DNA of 63,834 bases, counting the filler, from Acidimicrobiia bacterium (GTDB taxonomy: Bacteria > Actinomycetota > Acidimicrobiia > Spongiisociales > SHLN01): the NCBI GenBank assembly GCA_041619515.1. It is 4 parts of 4 records of this genome, joined end to end, with 100 filler letters (N's around TTAATTAATTAA, not from the genome) between each part and the next. Parts side by side here need not be neighbours in the genome. Positions count along the whole stretch, not along the records: positions 18,766 to 36,949 come from JBFKDW010000063.1; 3 more parts are not named here. One strand, 5' to 3'. Each line of letters starts with the position of its first letter. The first letter of the stretch is position 1. Made by a program: the position numbers and the translations under genes. Below are positions 18,767-28,775 of this stretch, piece by piece. Under the pieces are notes generated by a model. It saw only the letters and a list, made by a program, of their open reading frames with translations. It was not told the origin of the DNA and searched no databases.

Positions 18767-19669
18767 GTGGTGTTTCGCGGCGGCTTCCACGGCCGGACGA
18801 TGGGCTCGGTCTCCTACACGACCTCTTCGGTCAAGTACCGAACCGGCTATCACCCGCTGCTCCCATCTGTGTTCGTCACCCCCTTTCCCCACCCCTTCCA
18901 GGAGGGGCTCGACGAGGCCGAGTCCACCGGACGAGCCCTCGATGAGCTGAACGCCCTGCTACGCCACGTAGTGGCGCCCTCCGACATCGCCTGCTTCCTC
19001 ATCGAGCCCGTCCAGGGCGAGGGCGGCTACTACCCGGCACCGCGTGCATTCATGAGTGCGGTGCGCGATATCGCCGACCGGCATGGCATCCTCCTCATCG
19101 CCGATGAGATCCAGACCGGCTTTGGCAGGACCGGGCGCTGGTGGGGGATGGACCACTTCGACGTGAGGCCCGACATCATCAGCGTCGGCAAGGCGATCGC
19201 CAACGGGCTTCCGTTGTCTGCGGTTGGCTCGTCGCGCGACCTCTTCGGCAAATGGCCCCCCGGGGCGCACGGGACGACGTTTGGAGGGAACGCAGTGGCC
19301 TGTGCCGCAGCCGCCGAGGTCGTCAACGTGATCGGTGAGCTGCTGCCGGGAGTACCGGCCTTGTCGGAGCGGGCCTTCGACCGTCTTCACGCCATGCAAG
19401 CCGCTCACGCCACCGTGGGCGACGTACGCGGCCTCGGCCTGATGATCGGTATCGAGCTGGTCGACGGTGAGGGTCGACCCGATCCACGGGCGCTCAGCTT
19501 CGTGCGCGCCCACTTGCTCGAGACGGGCCTCATCTTTCACCCGTGTGGGCCCGATCAGAACATCATCCGGTTCATCCCGCCCCTGGTCATATCGCCTGAG
19601 GACCTCGACCTGGGTGCCCGGCTCATAGACGAGGCGCTGTCGGCTTGGGAGAGCTCGCAGGCCCCTTAG
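18767..19669 (+). CDS. class III PLP aminotransferase (GabT-like), 5' truncated
   Basis: FHGRT, IEPVQGEGG, LIADEIQTGFGRTG, GKAIANGLPL, HGTTFGGN, VRGLGLMIG. Confidence 0.9.
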   Translation: MVFRGGFHGRTMGSVSYTTSSVKYRTGYHPLLPSVFVTPFPHPFQEGLDEAESTGRALDELNALLRHVVAPSDIACFLIEPVQGEGGYYPAPRAFMSAVRDIADRHGILLIADEIQTGFGRTGRWWGMDHFDVRPDIISVGKAIANGLPLSAVGSSRDLFGKWPPGAHGTTFGGNAVACAAAAEVVNVIGELLPGVPALSERAFDRLHAMQAAHATVGDVRGLGLMIGIELVDGEGRPDPRALSFVRAHLLETGLIFHPCGPDQNIIRFIPPLVISPEDLDLGARLIDEALSAWESSQAP

Positions 19670-21156
19670 GCGTCCACGTCGGAGAGCGACCGGGCCCGAC
19701 GGCGGTTGACCATCGCGGCGGCCACCATGGCGGCCCCGGCAACGATGGCGAGGTACTGGAGCCAATCGCCGAAGCGGGCGTAGGGAGTGAGCCCGGCCGA
19801 CCGGAAGTTGACCCGCCCGAGCAAGATGGTGGCTTCGAAGGCGTCGGTACGAGACTCGATCGTTCCGTCTGCGTCGATGAACGCCGAGCGACCGGTGATG
19901 GCCGCGTGAATGACCGGTGTGCCCAGCTCGGCGGCCCGCATGCGGGTCATTCCGATGAACTGGTCGGACACGGGCGTGTCTCCGAAGCTGGCGGTGTTGG
20001 TCGCCACTACGAGCAGCCCGGCGCCTGCCTCGGCCAGTGGCCGGGTGGAGCGCGAAAAGCCGCCTTCGAAGGAGATGACCGACCCGAGCGTTCCGCCCGG
20101 CAGCACAAACACGGTGTTCTCGGTGCCGGGGACGAGGTCGCGGGGCACCTGGTCGAGGGCCGGGATCCAGTCGAAGAGAGGACGCAGCGGCACGTATTCG
20201 CCGAACGGGACTGGATGCCGTTTCCAGTACTCACCGACGATCTGCCCGGCCGGGTCGAGCACCAGGTTGAGATTGACGAAGGTTTCGGCGTCGAGGGTTC
20301 GCTGGGAGCCGATCAGAAACCAGGCGTCGAGGCGCTGCGCCTCGACGGCCACCTGCGCCAGCCGGTCGGGATGGGTCGACAGCTCAACCGAGCTCCCGGC
20401 CGAGCTCTCGGGCCACACAACCAGCTTCGCCTGGCCGGGGGTCAGGGTGCGCGTGAGGTCGAGGTGCGACTGGAAGATCTGCTCGTTCTCGTTCTCACAG
20501 TGAACGTCGGGGCACGGGCTGTTTCCCTGGACGATCGCCACTCGCAGCTCGGCACCGTCGGCCACCTGCGGGGCAGCCGCGCCGATCACGGTCACCACCG
20601 CGGCGATGCCCAAAGCCGGGACCAGCCACCGGGCCGGCCGGCGCCGGTCGGTCACGTAGAGCGCGAGCCCGGCGGCGATGCCGATGAAGATAACCGACCA
20701 TCCGCTCGTGCCGACGAGCTGAGTGGCGTTGCGCGTCCAGCGGTATTCGCCGGCGGGGTATCCGAGCAATCCCCAGGACAGCCCGCCGAAGGGGATGTAC
20801 ACCCGCACGAGCTCCATGAGGGCCCAGCCGCCCACGGCCGTCAGCCACCAAGCGGAGCGGTTCCAGCGCCGGGCGTGGAACACCACCAGCGCATAGGCGG
20901 TGGCGTATGCGGCCTGCAGCAGGACCAGCGCCACCACGGACAGGTAGCCGGTTTCCTTCACCCAGAAGATGAGCAGCGAGTAGAAGGCGACACCGAAGGA
21001 AAACCCGAGGGCGGCGGCGCCTCGGCGGGTCTTCACCCGGCGGAGAGCCGCCAGCAGCGGGGTGGGGGCCACCACTGCCAGGACGCCCCATCCCAGCGGC
21101 GGGAAGGCCGCCCACAGCAGAAATGCGGACAACAGGGGGGCGAGCTCGATGAGCAT
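19666..21156 (-). CDS. lnt: apolipoprotein N-acyltransferase
   Basis: Multiple TMs; VQGN, VVWPESS, KRHPVPFGEYVP, ISFE (Ser at the usual Cys), TNTASFG, RAAELG. Confidence 0.88.
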   Translation of the reverse strand: MLIELAPLLSAFLLWAAFPPLGWGVLAVVAPTPLLAALRRVKTRRGAAALGFSFGVAFYSLLIFWVKETGYLSVVALVLLQAAYATAYALVVFHARRWNRSAWWLTAVGGWALMELVRVYIPFGGLSWGLLGYPAGEYRWTRNATQLVGTSGWSVIFIGIAAGLALYVTDRRRPARWLVPALGIAAVVTVIGAAAPQVADGAELRVAIVQGNSPCPDVHCENENEQIFQSHLDLTRTLTPGQAKLVVWPESSAGSSVELSTHPDRLAQVAVEAQRLDAWFLIGSQRTLDAETFVNLNLVLDPAGQIVGEYWKRHPVPFGEYVPLRPLFDWIPALDQVPRDLVPGTENTVFVLPGGTLGSVISFEGGFSRSTRPLAEAGAGLLVVATNTASFGDTPVSDQFIGMTRMRAAELGTPVIHAAITGRSAFIDADGTIESRTDAFEATILLGRVNFRSAGLTPYARFGDWLQYLAIVAGAAMVAAAMVNRRRARSLSDVDA

Positions 21157-21262
21157 GAGCGAGAGGGTACCTGAGCGCGGCCTGCTCCCTGATGGGATTT
21201 GTCCGGGCGAGCACGGGGCAGCGTGCCACGCTCCGGGACCAGCCGGTACCTAGGGTTCGGGG

Positions 21263-22057
21263 ATGGACGATCTTGCCGTTGCGCTCGCCGCCGCCCGGGT
21301 GGGCGCTCTCGTCGTCGGCGGCTCGTTCGGCGGCACCCAGACCGCCTCGTTCAAGGGCGTCGTCGATCCGGTGACCGAAGTCGATCATCGGTCCGAGCAA
21401 GAGATCCTCGCCGTGTTGCGCACCCACCGTCCCGACGATGCGGTTCTCGCCGAGGAGGGCGGCGGGTCACGAGATATAGCCGGCCGGCATTGGGTGGTCG
21501 ATCCCCTCGACGGCACGGTCAACTTCTTGCATGGCATTCCGCAGGTGTCGGTGGCCGTCGGCCTCTACGAGGACGGCAGTCCGCTGGTCGGGGTCGTGAT
21601 AGATCCGCTTCGCAACGAGGAGTTCACGGCCTCCACCGGCTCTGGTACCCGCCTGAACGGGAACCCGGTGTCGGTGGCGGATCGGACGCTCGATGAGGGA
21701 GTGATTGCAACCGGCTTCCCGTACGACCGCCGCACCCGCGGCGCCGCCTATGCCGCCATCGTCGGCACGGTTGTCGAGCGTGCCCGGGGAATTCGCCGCC
21801 TGGGTTCTGCCGCCCTCGACCTGGCGTGGGTGGCGTGCGGCCGCCTGGACGGCTACTGGGAGTTCGGGCTCGGGCCGTGGGACATCGCAGCCGGGATGGT
21901 CCTGGTCATCGAGGCGGGCGGGGCGGTGACCGACCACACCGGAGCCCCCAGCACACTGTTCGATTCTCTCTTCATCGCCGGTGGGCCGCGTCTGCAACCC
22001 GAGCTGCGGGCCGTGGTCGCCGGCGCTCTCCCCGGCGGCTGGCCCGAAAACCGCTGA
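21263..22057 (+). CDS. suhB: inositol monophosphatase family
   Basis: WVVDPLDGTVNF, ATGFPY, RRLGSAALDL, WDIAAG. Confidence 0.9.
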   Translation: MDDLAVALAAARVGALVVGGSFGGTQTASFKGVVDPVTEVDHRSEQEILAVLRTHRPDDAVLAEEGGGSRDIAGRHWVVDPLDGTVNFLHGIPQVSVAVGLYEDGSPLVGVVIDPLRNEEFTASTGSGTRLNGNPVSVADRTLDEGVIATGFPYDRRTRGAAYAAIVGTVVERARGIRRLGSAALDLAWVACGRLDGYWEFGLGPWDIAAGMVLVIEAGGAVTDHTGAPSTLFDSLFIAGGPRLQPELRAVVAGALPGGWPENR

Positions 22058-22078
22058 AGCCGCAGCCGGCAAGGGTCG

Positions 22079-23254
22079 ATGGCAAGGCCCATGGCCTACT
22101 CTCGACACGGGACGCTGCTGGCCGCCCTTGCCCTCATTCTCGCCGCGTGCGGACCGGGTGACCAGGGGGCGGAGATGACGCGCGTCCTGTCACCTCCCGT
22201 CGCGGCAACCACCCCGGATCCGACCATCGCGCCGGCGGCCGGCGCGGAGCTCAGTTCGGGCGACGCCGACCTCCTCGCCCGGACCGAGCTGAGTGCCGTG
22301 CTGGCCGCCGCACAGGAGATCTTTGCGGCCCGCGGAACCTTCGACGCCGACCTGGAGACGGTGGCAGCTTCGACCGGGATCGACGTCGCCGCCCTGGTGG
22401 ACGCGGCGTCCTCCGATGGCGTGGTGTACGACGCCCACGGTCTTCGGCTGACACTGCACCGTCGCAGCGCCAGCGGCCGCTGGTTTTGTGTCGACGTGAC
22501 CGAAGGCGGGAAGGATTATGGATTCGGAGACAGTTTCCAGAGCGCCTTCGATGCGTGCACCGACGGAGTGATGGTGGACGGGTGGGAGGACACGTATTCG
22601 GCGACGGGGCCGGACGACAGCGCCATCAAGACGACCCTTGCCGCCCTGGTCGACGCGCTTGCCGCCGGCAACGGCCGCGCCGCTCGCTCCACCTTCGCGC
22701 TCACCGCATCGTGCTCGGTGACCGACCTGGAGGAGGTCTGGCCGGCCGGGTTGGCGCTGATCGAGCCGGGCGAATTCGAGCTCAGGACGCTGGCCGTCAG
22801 CGGAGAGCGAGCCACCGCCGACGTCTCCCTCGGTGCGTTCACCGATGAGCGGTGGCCGCTGGTGAAAGTTGGGGGCGAGTGGCGCAACGACGCCGATCCG
22901 TGCCGGCTGGTCGGTCCCGTCGCCGCCGAAGCGATGGACCTGATGGCACCGGAACTTCTCGAACAGGGTCTGCTCGCCGTCAAGGGCGCGTTCGTTGCCC
23001 GCTCGAACTTCGGCTTCAGCGCAGCAGCCGTGGCCGAGCTGGACGGAGAGTTGGTGCTGGTTCCCGGCGATGAGGTGACGTTCGGCGTCCTCTCCTACCA
23101 GGGCAGACACGGTGAGGGCCTGCTGATCACCAGAGGGCGGCCCGGGCGGTTCCTTTGCGCAGTCGAGTCACTGTCGGCCCCCACGGTGTACGGCGAGGGG
23201 GCATCCATCGACGAGGTCGACACGCCCGGCGCCTGCCGCTCCAAACCTTCGTGA
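22079..23254 (+). CDS. hypothetical lipoprotein with an internally duplicated domain flanking an NTF2-like module
   Basis: Lipobox LAAC. Repeats DLLARTELSAVLAAAQEIFAARGTF and DLMAPELLEQGLLAVKGAFVARSNF. Confidence 0.65.
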   Translation: MARPMAYSRHGTLLAALALILAACGPGDQGAEMTRVLSPPVAATTPDPTIAPAAGAELSSGDADLLARTELSAVLAAAQEIFAARGTFDADLETVAASTGIDVAALVDAASSDGVVYDAHGLRLTLHRRSASGRWFCVDVTEGGKDYGFGDSFQSAFDACTDGVMVDGWEDTYSATGPDDSAIKTTLAALVDALAAGNGRAARSTFALTASCSVTDLEEVWPAGLALIEPGEFELRTLAVSGERATADVSLGAFTDERWPLVKVGGEWRNDADPCRLVGPVAAEAMDLMAPELLEQGLLAVKGAFVARSNFGFSAAAVAELDGELVLVPGDEVTFGVLSYQGRHGEGLLITRGRPGRFLCAVESLSAPTVYGEGASIDEVDTPGACRSKPS

Positions 23255-23301
23255 CAGTCACCTCGTTGCATTAGGTTCGTGTCGCCAACTCAGGAGGCGG
23301 A

Positions 23302-23691
23302 ATGGAGTTACCGGCAGCGCTGAGGGCATTGCTCGACGGGCCCACGTTCGCGACGCTGGCGACGGTCATGCCCAGTGGGGCACCGCAGGCGAGCACAATG
23401 TGGGTGGATCGCGAGGGCGATCACATCCGGTTCAACACCGCTGAGGGCCGGGTGAAGCCCGCAAACATGGAGCGGGATCCCCGGGTGGCCGTGTCGATAT
23501 TCAACCCGGACGACCCCTATGAGGCCTATGCCATCCAGGGGAGAGTCATCGAGAAGCGTCACCGGGGTGCCGATGCCCACATCGACGCACTGGCCGCCAA
23601 GTACCTCGGTGTCGATGAATACCCCTGGCGGACCCCGGACATGACCAGGGTCACGTATGTCATCGAGGTCGAGCGCATCGCCGCCCACTGA
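23302..23691 (+). CDS. PPOX-class F420-dependent oxidoreductase
   Basis: ATLATVMPSGAPQ, WVD, RVKPANMERDPRVAVS, IDALAAKYLG. GGAGG SD. Confidence 0.88.
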   Translation: MELPAALRALLDGPTFATLATVMPSGAPQASTMWVDREGDHIRFNTAEGRVKPANMERDPRVAVSIFNPDDPYEAYAIQGRVIEKRHRGADAHIDALAAKYLGVDEYPWRTPDMTRVTYVIEVERIAAH

Positions 23692-23697
23692 GCCGGC

Positions 23698-24168
23698 TCA
23701 CAGAATGCCGGGAATGATCCGGGTCCGCACCCGTTGCTGATAGGCGGCATAGCCCGGATACCGCTCCAGCAAGTGCAGCTCCTCGAACCTGCTCTTGGCG
23801 CCGAAGAAGGGCACGAGGCCGAACGCAACTGCGAGGCCGAGCCAATCGCCACCCAGCAATGCGATCCCGATCATGCCGAGTATCACGGCGGTATAGATCG
23901 GATGGCGAACCAGCCGGTAGAGACCGTGCTCGACCATCGTTCCGGCCGCCACCGGGGTGGGATAGGGCGTGAGGTTGCGCCCGAGGGCGTTCGAGGCCGC
24001 CAGCCCGCCCATTATCGCCACAACGACGAGGAACCATCCGACGGAGCGCCTGCCCGGGACGGACATGGGGAGCAGGCCGAGCCGTCCGGCACCGACCACA
24101 GCAGCAAGCAGGACCACCTGAGCTGCCACCCACGGGCCGCCCCGGTCCAGAAAGGCACGCACGGGCAT
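23698..24168 (-). CDS. isoprenylcysteine carboxyl methyltransferase/PEMT family
   Basis: LTPYPTP, GLYRLVRHPIY, KSRFEE...YPGYAAYQQRV. Confidence 0.85.
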   Translation of the reverse strand: MPVRAFLDRGGPWVAAQVVLLAAVVGAGRLGLLPMSVPGRRSVGWFLVVVAIMGGLAASNALGRNLTPYPTPVAAGTMVEHGLYRLVRHPIYTAVILGMIGIALLGGDWLGLAVAFGLVPFFGAKSRFEELHLLERYPGYAAYQQRVRTRIIPGIL

Positions 24169-24172
24169 TAGC

Positions 24173-25318
24173 TCAGCCCGATAGGGCCTGGTCGAGGTCG
24201 GCGATCAAGTCGTCGACGTGTTCGATGCCCACCGACAGGCGCACGAGGTCGGCGGGGACCTCGAGATCGGTGCCCGCCACCGACATATGGGTCATCATCG
24301 CCGGCACCTCGATGAGTGACTCAACCCCTCCCAGGCTCTCGGCCAGGATGAAGAGCCGGGTCTTGGCCACCACCTTTTCGGCGACATCGGGCCCGGCGGT
24401 GGTTCGGAACGAGACCATACCCCCGAAGTCGCTCATCTGTCTGGCGGCCAGGCGATGCTGAGGATGGGATTCGAGCCCCGGGAAGTACACCTCCCCGACG
24501 GCCGGGTGTTGTGTGAGGAAGTCGGCAATCTGGCGGGCATTCGCACAGTGCCGGTCCATGCGAACCGCCAGGGTTCTCAGTCCCCGCAACGTCAGGTACA
24601 CGTCGAAGGGCCCCGGCACAGGCCCGGCCGCATTCTGCAGGAACCGAAGCTGCTCCAGCAGGTCTCCGTCTGCGGTTACCAGAGCGCCGCCGACCATGTC
24701 GCTGTGACCGCCGATGTACTTGGTGGTCGAATAGAGCGAGATGTCGGCTCCGAGGCTGAGCGGTTGCTGGAGGTACGACGTGGCGAAGGTGTTGTCGACG
24801 ACGAGGCGAGCACCGCCGCTATGGGCAATCGCAGCCACGGCAGAGATGTCGACGACCCGAAGCAGCGGATTGGTGGGGGTTTCGCTCCAGACGAGCCGGG
24901 TGGTTGGGCCCATGGCGGCCGCTACCTGCTCTGGTTGAGTCTGGTCGACGACGGTCCATTCCACCCCCTGCTCTCCGAGGACCCGGGCGAAGAACCGATA
25001 CGTGCCCCCGTAGGCGTCGTTTGGCAGCACGACGTGGTCGCCGGGCCGCAGGAGGTAGCCGAGGAGGGCCGTGGCTGCCATCCCCGATGCGGTGGCAACC
25101 GCTCCCCCGTGCTCGCCGGCTCCCTCCAACTCCGCCAGAGCGGTCTGGAGAGCCGTGCGGGTGGGATTGTCGGTTCGCGAGTACTCGTAGGCGCCTTCAC
25201 CCGGCGACTCCTGCCGGTAGGTGGACGTCGCATAGATGGGGGTGATGACCGCTCCGGTGGCGGCATCCGGCTCCTGGCCGGCGTGAATGGCAATCGTCTC
25301 GAATCTGGGCCGGTTCAC
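24173..25318 (-). CDS. metB: cystathionine gamma-synthase/gamma-lyase
   Basis: TIAIHAGQEPD, YEYSRTDNPTR, SGMAA, ETPTNP, VVDNTF, STTKYIGGHSD, AESLGGVESL. GTGA overlap with the cbs stop. Confidence 0.9.
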   Translation of the reverse strand: MNRPRFETIAIHAGQEPDAATGAVITPIYATSTYRQESPGEGAYEYSRTDNPTRTALQTALAELEGAGEHGGAVATASGMAATALLGYLLRPGDHVVLPNDAYGGTYRFFARVLGEQGVEWTVVDQTQPEQVAAAMGPTTRLVWSETPTNPLLRVVDISAVAAIAHSGGARLVVDNTFATSYLQQPLSLGADISLYSTTKYIGGHSDMVGGALVTADGDLLEQLRFLQNAAGPVPGPFDVYLTLRGLRTLAVRMDRHCANARQIADFLTQHPAVGEVYFPGLESHPQHRLAARQMSDFGGMVSFRTTAGPDVAEKVVAKTRLFILAESLGGVESLIEVPAMMTHMSVAGTDLEVPADLVRLSVGIEHVDDLIADLDQALSG

Positions 25319-26274
25319 GTTGCCTCCAGCAGCCCGTTCTCGGCCAGCCACGCATCGTTGAACAGCTTCGACATGTAGCTCCGGCCCGAGTCGGGAAGGA
25401 TCACCACCACGAGGTCGTTCGGCTGCTCGGTGGCGACTTGTACGCCGCCGACCACCACCATTCCGCCGGAGGACCCCACGAGAACCCCTTCGCTGCCGCC
25501 GAGCCTGCGAGCCATGCCGTACGCATCGGCGTCGGAGACCTGGATGAAGCGGTCGACCAGCGCCGGGTCGAATGTTTCCGGCCAGAAATCCTCTCCGACA
25601 CCTTCGGTCAGATAGGTGTGGACGTCTTCCTCCGAGTCGGCGGTGTAGATCGACCCGACGGGATCGACCCCAACCACCTGCACCGCGGCGTTCTTCTCCT
25701 TGAGGAAGCGGGCCGCCCCGCTGATCGTGCCGCCGGTGCCGACTCCAACGACCAGCGCACCGACCTGCCCGTCCGTTTGCTCCCATATCTCGGGCCCGGT
25801 CGTGAGGTAATGCGCTTCAGGATTGGCCGGGTTGGCGTACTGGTTGGGGCTGAAAGCCCCCGGGATATCGGCGACCAGTCGAGCCGCCACCGAATAGTAC
25901 GAGCGCGGGTCGTCTGGCTCGACATCGGTGGGAGCTACATGCACCTCCGCTCCGTAGGCACGGAGGCCGTCGATCTTCTCTTGCGACATCTTGTCCGGCA
26001 TGACACATACCAGCCGGTAGCCCTTGATGGCCGCCACCATCGCCAGCCCCACCCCGGTGTTCCCGCTGGTCGGTTCGACGATGGTGCCGCCCGGGCCCAG
26101 CAGGCCCTCCCGCTCGGCCGCCTCGATCATCCGCAACCCGATGCGATCCTTGATCGAGCCGCCGGGGTTCATGGATTCGATCTTGGCGACCAGGTTGCCG
26201 GGCGGATGAAGGCGGGACAACCGCACCAGCGGCGTGTCCCCGACGGCGTCCAGGATGCTCGGTCGAATGTCCAT
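25315..26274 (-). CDS. cbs: cystathionine beta-synthase/cysteine synthase family (no C-terminal CBS domains)
   Basis: NPGGSIKDR, EPTSGNTG, MPDKMSQEKI, GVGTGGT, LPDSGRSY. Coupled to metB. Confidence 0.85.
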   Translation of the reverse strand: MDIRPSILDAVGDTPLVRLSRLHPPGNLVAKIESMNPGGSIKDRIGLRMIEAAEREGLLGPGGTIVEPTSGNTGVGLAMVAAIKGYRLVCVMPDKMSQEKIDGLRAYGAEVHVAPTDVEPDDPRSYYSVAARLVADIPGAFSPNQYANPANPEAHYLTTGPEIWEQTDGQVGALVVGVGTGGTISGAARFLKEKNAAVQVVGVDPVGSIYTADSEEDVHTYLTEGVGEDFWPETFDPALVDRFIQVSDADAYGMARRLGGSEGVLVGSSGGMVVVGGVQVATEQPNDLVVVILPDSGRSYMSKLFNDAWLAENGLLEAT

Positions 26275-26329
26275 GGCACGAGTCTACGAAGCGGGACTGC
26301 GAAGAAGGGTTGCGGGATATGATCCCGGT

Positions 26330-26539
26330 ATGGAAACCCACACTCTGTCCGTTCCGGACATCTCGTGCGACCACTGCAAGACCTCGATCGAAAGCGCCAC
26401 CGCCGCCCTGAACGGTGTCGCCGCCTCCCGCGTCGACATCCCGGCCCGGACGGTCACCGTACGTTTCGAAGCCGAAGCCGTCGGCCTCAGAGAGATCGTT
26501 TCGGCCATCGAAGAGCAGGGCTACGAAGTAGCCCAATGA
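26330..26539 (+). CDS. copZ: copper chaperone (HMA domain)
   Basis: VPDISCDHCKTSIE...AIEEQGYEV, 69 aa. Confidence 0.9.
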   Translation: METHTLSVPDISCDHCKTSIESATAALNGVAASRVDIPARTVTVRFEAEAVGLREIVSAIEEQGYEVAQ

Positions 26540-28722
26540 TCGATACCCAGGCGCCGGCACCGGGACCGACGGAGCCGGTTACCGTGTCCTTCGCGGTCGA
26601 CGGCATGACGTGCGCCTCATGTGCGGTCCGCATCGAGCGGGTGCTCGGCAAGCAGGCAGGCGTCGAGACGGCCGCCGTCAACTATGCCGGGGCAGAAGCG
26701 GTCGTGGTGCTCGACCCGGCTGCCAACCGGGGCGCGCTCGCCACCGCCATCGAGAAGCTCGGCTACCACCTCACCGAGATTGCGCCGGAGGAGGCCCGGG
26801 AGGCGCCGAGCCACCGCCACCAGCGAGAGCTGGAGTTTCAACGCCGCAACCTGGCGTGGGCGGCCGCCTTCACCATTCCCTTGGTCGCCATCATGCTGCT
26901 GGGAGACGGCGGCAACGGCGCCCGCGTCGGCATGTGGGTGCTGGCGACGCCCATCGTGTTCGTGTTCGGATGGCAGTTTCACCGCAACGCAGTGCTGCGC
27001 CTCAGGGGCCGCGATACCAGCATGGACACCCTCGTCTCGATTGGCACGCTGGCAGCGTACGGCTACTCGGTCTGGGCCGTGTTCGCCAGGGAGAAGGTGT
27101 TCTTCGAGACGGCTGCGCTGATCATCACCTTCATCCTGCTCGGGCGCTACCTGGAAGCCCGCGCCAAGGGAAACGCCTCACGGGCGATCAGCCGCCTGCT
27201 GGAACTGGGGGCAAAGCAGGCCCGCGTCCTCCGCAACGGAGTCGAAACCCTCGTGCCGGCCGAAGCGGTGCGCCCTGGGGACCTGATGGTCGTCAACCCG
27301 GGTGAGAAGGTCCCGACCGATGGGCTGATCAACGCCGGCCGGTCGTCGTTCGACGAAAGCCTCCTGACGGGAGAGTCGATGCCCGTCGACAAGGGCCCCG
27401 GCGCCGTCGTGTACGGCGCCACCATCAACCACCAGGGGCGAGTGGTGGTTGAAGCTACCGCCGTCGGTTCCGACACCGCCCTGGCACAGATCGCACGAAT
27501 GGTGGCGGCCGCCCAGGCCAGCAAGGCTCCGGCGCAGCGGCTGGCCGACCGGGTCTCCAGCGTCTTTGTTCCCATCGTGATCGTCATCGCCATCGTCACC
27601 GCAGCAGCCTGGCTGGCAGCGACCGGAGAGGTCGAGACGGCGCTCAGGAACGCCGTGGCCGTCCTCATCATCGCCTGCCCGTGCGCGCTCGGCCTGGCGA
27701 CCCCAACGGCGATCATGGCGGGATCGGGCCGCGGGGCCGAGCTCGGCATCCTCTTCAAGACGGCAGAAGTGTTCGAACGCACCCGCTCGGTCGACACCAT
27801 CGCATTCGACAAGACGGGGACCATCACCAGCGGCCGGATGACCGTCGACGTCCTCGAGACGACCGTCGATCCCGATCGCTTCCTCACCCTGGTTGCCTCG
27901 CTGGAGTCGGCCAGTGGACACCCCGTAGCCCGGGCGCTCACCCTGGCCGCCGAGGAGCGGGAGCTGGAGCTGAGCTCGCCCGGCGACGTCGAAGAGCTTC
28001 CCGGAGGCGGCATCACGGGGACGGTGGAGGACACCGCGGTCGTCATCGGCAGCACGACCCTCCTGGCTTCGCAGGGAATCGAGCTGAGCGACGAAGCTCG
28101 GCAGCGAGTGGCCGAGCTGGAGGCCGGGGGGCGCACGGTGTTCCTGGCCGCCTGGAACGGTGAGGTGAGGGGCCTGGTGGCGGTGGTCGATGCACCGCGG
28201 CCCGGTGTGGCCCGAGCTATCGGCGAACTGGCCGGCATGGACATCGACCTGGTCATGGTGACCGGGGACAATCCCGTGACGGCCAACGCAGTTGCAGCCG
28301 AGGTTGGTATCGGACGGGTGCTCGATCAGGTGCGGCCTGCCGAGAAGGCGGCTGCCGTCGAGGCACTCCAGCAGCGGGGCGAAACCGTCGCCTTCGTGGG
28401 CGATGGCGTCAACGATGCCCCCGCCCTCACCCAGGCAGACCTGGGCATGGCAATCGGTTCCGGCACCGACGTGGCGATCGAAGCCGGGGACGTCGTGCTG
28501 CTATCGGGAGACCCGAAGCTGGTGGTGAGAGCGGTGCAGCTCGCTCGACGCACCCACCGGACCATCGGCCAGAACCTGTTCTGGGCTTTCTTCTACAACG
28601 CAGCCGCCCTCCCCCTCGCCGCATTCGGACGGCTCGACCCCAGCATTGCGGCCCTGGCGATGGCCTTCTCGAGTGTGAGCGTTGTGACCAACAGCGTCCG
28701 CCTCACACGCTTCGAACGATAG
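26536..28722 (+). CDS. copA: Cu(I)-translocating P1B-type ATPase
   Basis: GMTCASC HMA, TGES, CPC, DKTGT, HP, GDGVNDAPAL, YN and MAFSS. ATGA overlap with copZ. Confidence 0.92.
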   Translation: MIDTQAPAPGPTEPVTVSFAVDGMTCASCAVRIERVLGKQAGVETAAVNYAGAEAVVVLDPAANRGALATAIEKLGYHLTEIAPEEAREAPSHRHQRELEFQRRNLAWAAAFTIPLVAIMLLGDGGNGARVGMWVLATPIVFVFGWQFHRNAVLRLRGRDTSMDTLVSIGTLAAYGYSVWAVFAREKVFFETAALIITFILLGRYLEARAKGNASRAISRLLELGAKQARVLRNGVETLVPAEAVRPGDLMVVNPGEKVPTDGLINAGRSSFDESLLTGESMPVDKGPGAVVYGATINHQGRVVVEATAVGSDTALAQIARMVAAAQASKAPAQRLADRVSSVFVPIVIVIAIVTAAAWLAATGEVETALRNAVAVLIIACPCALGLATPTAIMAGSGRGAELGILFKTAEVFERTRSVDTIAFDKTGTITSGRMTVDVLETTVDPDRFLTLVASLESASGHPVARALTLAAEERELELSSPGDVEELPGGGITGTVEDTAVVIGSTTLLASQGIELSDEARQRVAELEAGGRTVFLAAWNGEVRGLVAVVDAPRPGVARAIGELAGMDIDLVMVTGDNPVTANAVAAEVGIGRVLDQVRPAEKAAAVEALQQRGETVAFVGDGVNDAPALTQADLGMAIGSGTDVAIEAGDVVLLSGDPKLVVRAVQLARRTHRTIGQNLFWAFFYNAAALPLAAFGRLDPSIAALAMAFSSVSVVTNSVRLTRFER

Positions 28723-28775
28723 AGGTGCCCGGCCGCGCCTAAATTGCGGAGGAAGCCGTCCGCTCCGGAGAGACC

